A stretch of 64,000 bases of DNA from Myxococcota bacterium (GTDB taxonomy: Bacteria > Myxococcota_A > SURF-8). Positions 57,001 to 64,000 of the stretch are shown piece by piece (within the stretch, counting starts at the first letter, position 1; every line of letters begins with the position of its first letter). The DNA lies in assembly GCA_963674735.2 (NCBI GenBank), contig CAXXQS010000001.1, forward strand, positions 1,024,001 through 1,088,000, written 5' to 3'. A program made the position numbers and the translations under genes. The notes beneath the pieces were generated by a model that saw only the letters and a program-made list of their open reading frames with translations, had not been told where the DNA came from and did no database searches.

Positions 57001-60000
57001 GTTCCGAGTTGGTATCCTTCGTCGGTAACGCCATCGCAATCGTTGTCGAGACCATCGCAGAGCTCGTCGACACCTGCATACTCGCTTCCGCCGATATCGA
57101 CCGAGCAACGTCTGGCGGTGAGAGTGGCGCATTCATATACGCCTGAGTCGCATTCCCCCTGACCGGTGCAAGAGTTTCCGATGTCGAAATCTTCATCGGT
57201 TTCAGAATCGCAATCATCGTCGAGCCCATTGCAGACTTCCTGATTGGTTCCATATTGAGAACCGCCCGGGTCTTTGGAACAGCGTGTTTGTGATGGATCA
57301 TCGGTATTGCACTCGACAAACCCGATGCCGCATGCTCCCCCGGCATCGCAGGTGTCGCCGAGATTCGGGAAATCTTCATCCGTTTCGCCGTCGCAATCGT
57401 TGTCGAGTTGGTCGCAAAGTTCGGCTTGTCCACCGAAGTCAGGATTCGCGATGCAATTCTCGGGATCTTGTGCCGGATCGCAGCTTACGCAATCTCCGGG
57501 GTTGTAATAGGGATCACAGGTCGATAAGACGTATGGCAGGTCGACCGAGCAGACGCGTTCATCCGGTCCGTTGCAGAGCCACGAACCGAATGCGAGCAAA
57601 CAGACCCCGGTGCCGTTGCAGCCGTATCCGATCTGGTAGTCTTCATCGACTTGAGTATCGCAGTCGTCGTCAAGGCCGTTGCAGAGTTCCACCTGCTCAT
57701 CGTAAGCGGAACCTCCGGGATTCGTGGAGCAAATGTAAGATGAGTCGTCTTCGGGGTTGCACTCATAGACACCGGTCGGGCAGGCTCCGATTCCCAAACA
57801 AGTCGAGCCGACCGGGAATGTTTCATCCGTGTAACCGTCGCAATCGTCATCGAGCAGATTGCAGCGCTCGGTAATGGACTGATCTTCAGATTGGAACGGT
57901 TCGGTAGAGCAGGCGCGCGTCGATTCGGTTTTGCATTCCCAAGTGCCGATTCCGCACTGGCCCACCCCGTCGCAAAGCTCGCCGATACCGAAATCTTCAT
58001 CGATGCGACCATCGCAGTCGTTGTCCAGGCTATCGCAAGCTTCAGGCTCCCCGGCATATTCGGAACCACCGGATGATGTGGAGCAGACGGCTTCCTGATT
58101 GCCTCCGCATTCCCACTCTCCGGGGTCGTCGGCGCATTCTCCGATTCCGCTACAGCTTTCTCCAAGGTCGAAATCTTCATCGGTTTCGGTGTCGCAGTCG
58201 TCGTCGATGCCGTTGCAAAGCTCGGAAGAACCGTCGTACTCCGTTCCGCCCACGTCCGTGGAACAGCGAACGCTGCCGGAAACATTGCACTCGTAAACGC
58301 CTTCGCCGCAAGCACCGATACCGTTGCACAGTTGGCCGAGGGCGTAGTCCTCATCGGCGACGCCATCGCAATCGTCGTCGAGCCCGTTACAGCTTTCCGT
58401 GCCGCTATCGTCAGCGGACCCGCCGGGGTCGGTCGAGCAGCGGTTGCTGATCAACGATGCGCATTCGAATTGGCCAATTCCACATTCGCCCGTTCCGTCA
58501 CAGGTGTCGCCGATAAAGAAATCCTCATCGGTTTGTCCGTCGCAGTCGTTGTCGAGATCATCGCAGGATTCAGGGATATCTTCTCGATGAGAGCCCTCGG
58601 GATCGGTGGAGCAGATCGTGGAAAGCGGGTCGCCGGGGCGGCACTCAATCATGCCCTGGCCGCACTCGCCTTCGCCGTCACAGATTGCGCCGACAAAGAA
58701 ATCTTCATCGGTTTGCGCGTCACAATCGTCATCGATATCGTTACAGGTTTCATTTACGCCTTCATAGTCGTCATGACCCACAAGCGAGCTTGAGCAGGTA
58801 ACCTCCAAGGCGTTTAAGCAAACCCAAACACCCAGACCGCAGGGGCCTTCGCCGTCGCAAAGTCCTCCGATATTGTAATCCTCATCGGTCTGGCCGTCGC
58901 AATCATTATCGAGAGAATCACATTGTTCGTCGGACCCGGAATAGGCCGAACCGTTGAAGTTGGTGCTGCAGAGCCGGACGCTGCTGTCGTCGAGATCGCA
59001 TTCCCAAACTCCGTTGGGACATTCTCCGACGCCGCTGCAGCTTTGGCCGATATCGAAATCTTCGTCTTTTTGACCATCGCAGTCGTTGTCTTTGCCATCG
59101 CAAAGCTCGGGCTTGCCGCCGACCAGCGGGTTGTCGTATTGGGAACCCCCGATGTCCGTGGAGCAGCGCGCATGGGTTGTGTCGGCGCACTCGATCAGAC
59201 CCGATCCGCATTGGCCGATACCATCGCAGCTTTGGCCGACCAGGAAATCTTCATCCGTCAAACCATCGCAATCGTTATCTAAACCATCGCAAAGCTCGGT
59301 CACGTTCGTATACTCGCTGCCGCCGGGGTTGCTGGAACAGCGTGTGTTATCGGGACCTGCGCATTCAAGCACGCCATTTGCACATTCACCGATGCCGAGA
59401 CAGGCTGCCCCCACCCCGAAATCTTCATCGATCAAGCCGTCGCAATCATCGTCCTGTTCATTGCAGATTTCGGTTTCACTCCCATCGGACGATCCTCCGA
59501 TGTCGGTGGAACAGATCCAGCTTGAAGGGTCGGTGGGGTGGCATTCGCGGACGCCTTCACCGCAAATTCCGACTCCGTTGCAGGGCAGTCCCAGGCTGAA
59601 ATTCTCATCGGTCGACCCATCGCAGTCGTTGTCTTTATTGTCGCACAATTCCGAAACGGGTACATAGGCCGAACCGCCGGGATTGGTCGAACAGATGGCG
59701 CGGCTGAAACTGAAACATTCCAACTGGCCCTGCGGACATTCTCCGACGCCTTCGCAGGCGGACCCGATGTTGTAATCTTCATCCGTTTGGGAGTCGCAAT
59801 CGTTATCGATGTCGTCGCACCACTCCAGCTTGGCCTGATTCTCGCTGCCGCCGGGTTCGGTCGAACAAATAATGGAGTTCGCGTCTGCCGGATCGCATTC
59901 GAGTGCACCGGAACCGCAATAGCCTTCACCTTCACAAGAATCGCCCAACGGAAAATCCTCGTCGGTCTGGCTGTCACAGTCATCATCGAAGCCGTTGCAG

Positions 60001-63000
60001 AGTTCGGAAACGGATTGATCCTGACTGCCATCGACGTCGGTGCTGCATATCGCCCGGTTCGTGTCGGTCGGATGACATTCGGTGATGCCGGAACCGCAGA
60101 CTCCGATGCCGTTGCATGGTAAGCCGATGTTGAAGTCTTCATCCGAAAAACCGTCGCAGTCGTTATCAAGACCATCGCATACATCGGTGCTGGACTGATC
60201 GTCCCGGCCACCCATATCCGTGCTGCATATCGTGGCGGACGAATCGTCGGGAGCGCACTGAAGCTGCCCTTGGCCGCATTCACCGATACCATCGCAGCTT
60301 GTCCCAATACTGAAGCCTTCATCGGTTTGATCGTCGCAATCGTTATCGACCTCGTCGCAGATCTCCGTCGTCGATTGATCGGCTGATCCGCCGGGGAGAG
60401 TCGAACAACGTGTGGCATGCAGACCGTTACACTCCAGGATACCGTCTCCGCAGGCTCCGATTCCGCTGCAGGAAGCCCCGATATTGAAGCCTTCATCGGT
60501 AGCACCATCACAGTTGTCGTCTACTCCGTTGCAGACTTCTTCGGAGTTGTTGTACTGGGATCCGCCCGGTGCTTTGGAGCAAATGGTTTGGGTGGCATCG
60601 CTCTGCATACACTCGATGACACCGACATTGCAGTCGCCGACGCCATAGGTACACAGATCGCCGAGTGTGGGAAAGTCTTCATCGGTCTGGCCGTCGCAAT
60701 CGTCGTCGAAAGCATTGCAAAGCTCATCGGCGTGTTGATGCTGGCTACCGCCGATATCGGTCGAGCAGAGCGTGCGTGTTGGGTTGGATGCGTCGCATTC
60801 GGTAAGCCCTTCGCCGCAAACGCCAATGCCTTCGCAGATAACACCGACTGAGAATCCTTCATCGGTTTGGCCGTTGCAATCGTTGTCTTTGTCGTCGCAT
60901 ATCTCCGTTACATCCTGTGGATTCGAGCCTAGTGCGTCGGTGGAACAGACGGTCTGGTTAGCGTTTGTCGGATGGCACTCGACCAAACCTTCCCCGCATT
61001 CGCCTTCGCCGTTACAGGCCGAACCCAGGCTGAAATCTTCATCGGTTTGTCCGTCGCAGTCGTTGTCGTGGTTATCGCAGATCTCTGCCGAGCCGTCGTA
61101 GGAACTGCCGCCGGGACCGGTTGAGCATTGTACGATATTTTGCGCATCGCATTCCACAACACCCGCGCGACATTCGCCGGGAGGTTGGCAGGCCTCTCCC
61201 ACGCCTAAACCGCCATCGGTCAAGCCGTCGCAGTCGTCGTCCAGATTGTTGCAGAGTTCTTCCTTGGATTGATCGTCGGAGCCTCCCGGTTCGCTGCTGC
61301 AAATTGTTCGATTGTCGTTATCCGGGTCGCATTCGACAACTCCGATACCGCATTCTCCCGTACCGTCGCAGAGAACACCCAAAGAGAAGGCCTCGTCGAC
61401 TTGATTGTTGCAGTTGTTGTCTTTGCCGTCGCATACTTCTGGTGCGGATTCGTCGCTCGTTCCTCCGGGTTCCGTGGAACAGATTACGCCGATCGGGTTG
61501 TTGGGATCGCATTGTGTGACTCCGGCTCCACACTCACCCGCGCCATCGCAGGCTTCATCAAGATTGAATCCTTCATCGGTGGAGTCGTCGCAGTCGTTGT
61601 CTTTGCCGTCACAGATTTCGGCACTGCCGTCGTAAGCGCTACCACCGAAAGCGGTGGAGCAACGAGTGAGGTAGAGTCCATCGCATTCGATGACACCTTC
61701 ACCGCACTCGCCGGGAGGTTGGCAGGGGTTGCCGAGTTCGAGCTCTTCATCGGTTTGTCCGTCGCAATCGTCATCGAGATTGTTGCATAGTTCCCCGTTC
61801 GGAATGTGGGACGATCCTCCAATATCCGTTGAGCATAAGGTGAGATTTTCATCTTGCGGGTCGCATTCGATCACGCCTTCGCCGCATTCGCCCACACCAT
61901 CGCAGAGCGTGTCGACATCGAAGCCCTCATCCGTCTGTGTATCGCAGTCATCATCGAGGCCGTTGCAGTATTCGGTGCCGCCGGAGTATTCCGAGCCATC
62001 GATATCGGTGGAACACACGGATTCGTTCGCGTTCTTGCATTCGATAAGACCCAGGCCGCATTGACCGATGCCGTCGCAGCTTTGGCCGATATCGAAACCC
62101 TCGTCGGTTTGCCCATCGCAGTCGTTATCCTTGGCATCGCAGATTTCATCGACGCCTTCATAAACCGAGCCCATGCGATCAGTCGAACAAACGGTGAATT
62201 GCGGATTTTCAGGGTGGCACTCGATGTGTCCCTGCCCGCATTCGCCCAGACCTTCGCAGGCCGTCCCGAGATCGAACTGTTCATCGGTTTGGCCGTCGCA
62301 GTTATTGTCTTCGGTATCGCATACTTCCACTCCGCCGTTGGAATAGCAGCAGTAATACTCACAATCGGACGGATCATCGTCGATATCGTGCCAGCATTCT
62401 TCGCAGTTACGTCCCGAACCGGCCAGGTAGACCGTCGTGACGGGATTATCCAGATCGGATGAGTGAATGTTTACGCGGCAGGTGTAAGTGGTGACCGCCA
62501 ACGGCAAAAACGAAACGCCGAAGGTGAAGGATTCGTGTCCTTCGGTACCCGGAGTGATGTCGAAGGGGAGCGATGCTGAAGCGCCGGAGATGGAGAATTC
62601 GCTGCCGGTGCCATTATCGATCTCGATGTCCAGCCGTTCGATGGTCAGAGGGCCGAAACCGCTGTTCGTAATCACAAATTCGCGTGGCCCGAATGTTTGG
62701 TAAACTTGCAAACGTCCGAAGTCCCAAGGGGAATTCTCTGCCGTTGCCGGAGTGACGGCAATCAAGGGATTGATGGCGTAGCCGGACAGACCGATGCGGG
62801 TCTCGGGACGTTCGGGATCGTTGCTTTCGAGTAGCAGGGTGGCGGCATCGGCACCGGGCGGAAGCTTGGGTTGATAGGTCAGAGTGAAGAGCGTCTCGGC
62901 TTCCGGTTGAATCGGATCGGCCGGATTGGGGCTGATTCTGAAATCAAGTTGACCGCTGGGAAGCAAACTGATGGGATTGAGGAGAAGCTCCACTTCCCCT

Positions 63001-64000
63001 AGGTTCTGTGCCACAAAGGCAAGATCGACTTGCTCTCCGATGCGAACCTGCTCGAAATACAAGCTGTCGGCAAGCGGAGCACCTTCCGGATCGGTTAATG
63101 ACAGAGTTGGGGCGACGCCCTGGCCATCCATCAGGACATCCAGAGACGGAGTGTCGGGATCGTCGGCATTGATCGTCAGTTTTCCGCTATAGGCGGCACG
63201 TTCCAAAGGCGTAAAGGTGAGCGTGAGGTCAAGTGTGTCATCGACGGCGATCGTTGCCGGCAGTTGCTCGCCGGGGGCCAGTGCGACCGAAAAAGCCGCG
63301 TCCCCGCTGAGACTGAAACTGGTTATGTCGAGCGCCGTTTCGCCGACGTTCGCGATGGAAACCGTTTCTTCCGCCGTTGTATAAACCCCTGTTTGGCCGA
63401 AACTGACAGACTGACGGCTCAATTCCCATGAAGGCGTGATCCCTTCGCCGCTGAGCGCCACATCCAATGTGCTGGAGGGGTAAAAACGACCGGTCAAGCG
63501 CAGGGTTGTATTGTGAGTGCTCAGGCTCGTCGGGACGTAGGAAACATGGATTGTTTGGCTCTGGCTTGCGCCGAAAGGTTGGTCGAGAGCGGCGGATGCA
63601 TCGAAAGAGAAGGGGGTGCTTCCTTCAACGATTTCAGCACTTTCGATGATGGCTTCGCCTCCGCCCGAATTGGTGAGAACGAGCGCTAACTGTGTGAGCG
63701 AACCAAGCGGGCGGCGTCCGAAATCCATGCTTTCGGGGGTTAACTCGATACTGGGTGCGACTCCGCGACCACTAAGATCAACCGCGCCCGTTGCGCGCGT
63801 ATCGGATTCGGCATTGGTGGTGAACAGCATACGATCGGAAATATTTCCGACACTGTCGGGCTTGAAAACAACCGGAATGTCGATACTGTCACCCGGCGCC
63901 AGCATCTGTGTCTGGTCGGCCACGAAGGTATCGTCGTAATAAAACTGGGGCGAACTGCTCTCGAAGGTGAAGGGGCCAAGCTCCAAGACGGCATTCGAGT
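51066..64000 (-). CDS. Giant surface protein (>4300 aa, 5' end beyond window): Ig-like choice-of-anchor-D-type domains, MopE-related/putative metal-binding Cys-Asp repeats, C-terminal PPC-like domain
   Basis: Frame open to the right edge; at least 5 Ig-like domains (DFG..N.G..L.I..F.P..SND P..L.G.G); about 59 units of E.C(D/N)xxD(N/D)xCDGxxDE. Confidence 0.92.
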   Translation of the reverse strand, partial: SNAVLELGPFTFESSSPQFYYDDTFVADQTQMLAPGDSIDIPVVFKPDSVGNISDRMLFTTNAESDTRATGAVDLSGRGVAPSIELTPESMDFGRRPLGSLTQLALVLTNSGGGEAIIESAEIVEGSTPFSFDASAALDQPFGASQSQTIHVSYVPTSLSTHNTTLRLTGRFYPSSTLDVALSGEGITPSWELSRQSVSFGQTGVYTTAEETVSIANVGETALDITSFSLSGDAAFSVALAPGEQLPATIAVDDTLDLTLTFTPLERAAYSGKLTINADDPDTPSLDVLMDGQGVAPTLSLTDPEGAPLADSLYFEQVRIGEQVDLAFVAQNLGEVELLLNPISLLPSGQLDFRISPNPADPIQPEAETLFTLTYQPKLPPGADAATLLLESNDPERPETRIGLSGYAINPLIAVTPATAENSPWDFGRLQVYQTFGPREFVITNSGFGPLTIERLDIEIDNGTGSEFSISGASASLPFDITPGTEGHESFTFGVSFLPLAVTTYTCRVNIHSSDLDNPVTTVYLAGSGRNCEECWHDIDDDPSDCEYYCCYSNGGVEVCDTEDNNCDGQTDEQFDLGTACEGLGECGQGHIECHPENPQFTVCSTDRMGSVYEGVDEICDAKDNDCDGQTDEGFDIGQSCDGIGQCGLGLIECKNANESVCSTDIDGSEYSGGTEYCNGLDDDCDTQTDEGFDVDTLCDGVGECGEGVIECDPQDENLTLCSTDIGGSSHIPNGELCNNLDDDCDGQTDEELELGNPCQPPGECGEGVIECDGLYLTRCSTAFGGSAYDGSAEICDGKDNDCDDSTDEGFNLDEACDGAGECGAGVTQCDPNNPIGVICSTEPGGTSDESAPEVCDGKDNNCNNQVDEAFSLGVLCDGTGECGIGVVECDPDNDNRTICSSEPGGSDDQSKEELCNNLDDDCDGLTDGGLGVGEACQPPGECRAGVVECDAQNIVQCSTGPGGSSYDGSAEICDNHDNDCDGQTDEDFSLGSACNGEGECGEGLVECHPTNANQTVCSTDALGSNPQDVTEICDDKDNDCNGQTDEGFSVGVICEGIGVCGEGLTECDASNPTRTLCSTDIGGSQHQHADELCNAFDDDCDGQTDEDFPTLGDLCTYGVGDCNVGVIECMQSDATQTICSKAPGGSQYNNSEEVCNGVDDNCDGATDEGFNIGASCSGIGACGDGILECNGLHATRCSTLPGGSADQSTTEICDEVDNDCDDQTDEGFSIGTSCDGIGECGQGQLQCAPDDSSATICSTDMGGRDDQSSTDVCDGLDNDCDGFSDEDFNIGLPCNGIGVCGSGITECHPTDTNRAICSTDVDGSQDQSVSELCNGFDDDCDSQTDEDFPLGDSCEGEGYCGSGALECDPADANSIICSTEPGGSENQAKLEWCDDIDNDCDSQTDEDYNIGSACEGVGECPQGQLECFSFSRAICSTNPGGSAYVPVSELCDNKDNDCDGSTDENFSLGLPCNGVGICGEGVRECHPTDPSSWICSTDIGGSSDGSETEICNEQDDDCDGLIDEDFGVGAACLGIGECANGVLECAGPDNTRCSSNPGGSEYTNVTELCDGLDNDCDGLTDEDFLVGQSCDGIGQCGSGLIECADTTHARCSTDIGGSQYDNPLVGGKPELCDGKDNDCDGQKDEDFDIGQSCSGVGECPNGVWECDLDDSSVRLCSTNFNGSAYSGSDEQCDSLDNDCDGQTDEDYNIGGLCDGEGPCGLGVWVCLNALEVTCSSSLVGHDDYEGVNETCNDIDDDCDAQTDEDFFVGAICDGEGECGQGMIECRPGDPLSTICSTDPEGSHREDIPESCDDLDNDCDGQTDEDFFIGDTCDGTGECGIGQFECASLISNRCSTDPGGSADDSGTESCNGLDDDCDGVADEDYALGQLCNGIGACGEGVYECNVSGSVRCSTDVGGTEYDGSSELCNGIDDDCDTETDEDFDLGESCSGIGECADDPGEWECGGNQEAVCSTSSGGSEYAGEPEACDSLDNDCDGRIDEDFGIGELCDGVGQCGIGTWECKTESTRACSTEPFQSEDQSITERCNLLDDDCDGYTDETFPVGSTCLGIGACPTGVYECNPEDDSSYICSTNPGGSAYDEQVELCNGLDDDCDTQVDEDYQIGYGCNGTGVCLLAFGSWLCNGPDERVCSVDLPYVLSTCDPYYNPGDCVSCDPAQDPENCIANPDFGGQAELCDQLDNDCDGETDEDFPNLGDTCDAGGACGIGFVECNTDDPSQTRCSKDPGGSQYGTNQEVCNGLDDDCDSETDEDFDIGNSCTGQGECDSGVYECATLTARRCSVDIGGSEYAGVDELCDGLDNDCDGVTDEGYQLGTSCNGVGECGPGVKECDPQNALTTICSTDIDGSQSEDLPESCNSQDDDCDGLTDEDFDLGQSCDGLGECGQGVNECNGIGGVRCSSEWGGSQYEGVSESCNLSDDDCDGLIDEGFGIFDVYGERILCTGSGGCGQGLMECLDATTPICSTDPGGSQFNPTGERCNGLDDDCDTQTDEDWPTLSQACDGVGACGIGVYECNLDEDGIVCSTDSGGSEFGGRTEFCNGVDDDCDSQTDEDFAIGQVCEGEGECGQGVTECANDTSIRCDVDLGGSHYGGSTELCDNLDNNCDGRTDEGFQLGDTCDGIGECRLGIIECDANDPTRSICSTNPGGSAFDGITERCDQKDNDCDGETDESFPIGEPCTAPGPCGGGVLECDTPSSVRCSTQFGGSNWTGSPESCNGQDDDCDYLTDEDFFLDEGTTSIPLGEACDGPGECGMGIVECDTPALAICSTAPGGSAYLGMSELCDGKDNDCDGLTDETFDLGDPCTGIGSCGAGITECTSAQSGIQCSSNPGGTHDNSQIELCDGNDNDCDTLIDEDFEIGESCQGQGQCGSGVWECLNADTRICSTSLGGSQYTPESELCDGIDNDCDGQTDEDFLVGQSCDGIGECGAGVYECINTVNSLCSTNPGGSQYIPHEELCNNLDDNCNGQTDEGMQVGEACSSPGECGSGIIECAPDGTSRCSSGPEGSGDGSQLEICDGLDNDCDTETDEGFNIGQVCNTSSACGQGVYECDESGSSRCSTDFGGSQHQGATELCDGLDNNCDGETDEGYNLDTICEGIGLCGAGNIECVPGTNQTRCSTDIEGSDYAGSFELCDHLDNDCDGQTDEDYLVGQSCEGIGECGIGVYECKNETAFRCSTDIAGSEYEGVNEICDGRDNDCDGKIDETFLLNSQTWQPISCLGTGKCGYGILECDGEHDVRCSTDPSGSQYSGSPEKCNHIDDDCDGATDEDFGVGQPCEGVGECGLGALECLDENQAVCSTDINGGFYGGSTELCDGLDNDCDGQSDEDFGVGLECNGVGECGTGVIECHPSNQNLAICSSDPDGSQTAQSPEICDSLDNDCDGQTDEDWPDLGNPCVGTGGCSDHYGIYECADAGSLICSTSFGGSQYNPSGSEICDGMDNDCDGQTDEDFPLGTACPGVGQCESGVLECDDQGSTRCSTMPGGSANMSTMELCDGIDNDCDGQTDENYNIGQSCQPQGECGPGVLECLNVFTSICSTSPNGSQSEAEPELCDDLDNNCDGRTDEIYNIGQSCDGLGECGAGFIECDTPITTRCSSDANGSSPDTSPEICDAKDNDCDGSFDENFNVGAVCTGIGGCGQGVIECFGAHNTICSSMPGGSNSQAVPELCDGVDNDCNGLTDETFGVGSACQPSQGCNAGVYECGSLYDVICSTEFGGSAYTGSPEKCDGVDNDCDGLIDEDYRSLDPSDPNEEWPYCNGLNCGGLLNTFCQGVGECGTGVWECDDTEERTRCSTIAYEDDRGTGSQYNPVTETCNNKDDNCNGQTDEDFSIGSSCNGVGECPNGVLECATLSTTRCSTLYGGSAYAGRPERCDGLDNDCDYQTDEGYSLTEFCVGDGECGIGQWECFGLYSAICSTNPGGSDYDDPEVGGKQELCDEKDNDCDGQTDELWPEKNQPCSPGLCGTGEWVCREDYQGIECTAWQNAEDEVCDGLDNNCDGITDEGFDLGVGCIGEGLCGPGRTECDPNDPARLATICSTDFSGTAYQGTDEVCNYLDDDCDGQTDEDFKDAQGNYNWSVHCGACNQSCEYSNAQGTCVDGECQVGACLDGYFDLNEDSSDGCECEATALPDSPTCNEADLLPGGSNLSDELPGMVLSESIQLLNTADEAWLMFYANDTLDVSCDNFSLHVWLSDNPGNLFRFDIYRGGCQGSQLACSDTVEFNDYYNFSDPTVGPGTSGECPCRPEEWMPTFAPSYESNWPYRFCTDESATYYVRVYYDPSATDPICDAVVINASNGL
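51765..62321 (-). repeat. ~59 tandem ~60-aa six-cysteine coding repeats
   Basis: Hand count of CxxxDxxC..DE cores in the translation; diverged at the DNA level. Confidence 0.9.

Noticed and set aside
51765-62321. CRISPR-like or non-coding repeat array, and many overlapping ORFs
   Set aside because: The repeats are degenerate at third codon positions within one open frame; the other ORFs are frame and antisense shadows.

Overview
Chromosomal window from a GC-moderate (mid-50s % by eye) deltaproteobacterium or Myxococcota-like organism; the taxonomy is inferred from gene content. I found no rRNA, tRNA, CRISPR array, transposase, integrase or reverse transcriptase. Left to right: (1) a QmoA/QmoB-like (HdrA and HdrA-ferredoxin-MvhD) pair, the second gene running off the left edge and missed by the ORF track; (2) an OrpR-like sigma54 activator with visible UAS boxes and a -24/-12 promoter driving NifX-family and DUF5320 genes; (3) a tamB - Omp85 - ANKH/MATE-like operon; (4) six unrelated lipoproteins (GH50-like, FGE/SUMF1, zinc protease, alpha/beta hydrolase, two Cys-rich), with a TIGR02147 gene, cyclophilin and a saccharopine dehydrogenase-like gene among them; (5) a nucleotidase-DctP-lysophospholipase-PssA-NamZ-Ser/Thr kinase run; (6) a cyclase and a Rossmann-PAS histidine kinase; (7) the housekeeping block lgt-cinA-recA-pilT-recX-alaS; (8) an FHA/TPR membrane protein and tryptophanase; (9) a >4300 aa Ig-like plus ~59x Cys/Asp-repeat surface protein truncated at the right edge. 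The best candidate for an undescribed system is positional: five non-homologous lipoproteins carry their first D-G-D at +12 to +14 from the lipidated Cys, followed by acidic stalks. This suggests a lineage-specific surface-sorting or display signal, possibly served by the adjacent TamB/Omp85 machinery. Other notable signals are an operator-like palindrome at the TIGR02147 gene, a terminator/antiterminator leader before tnaA, strict D/N covariation in the giant repeat protein, and a compositionally mosaic lipoprotein gene.
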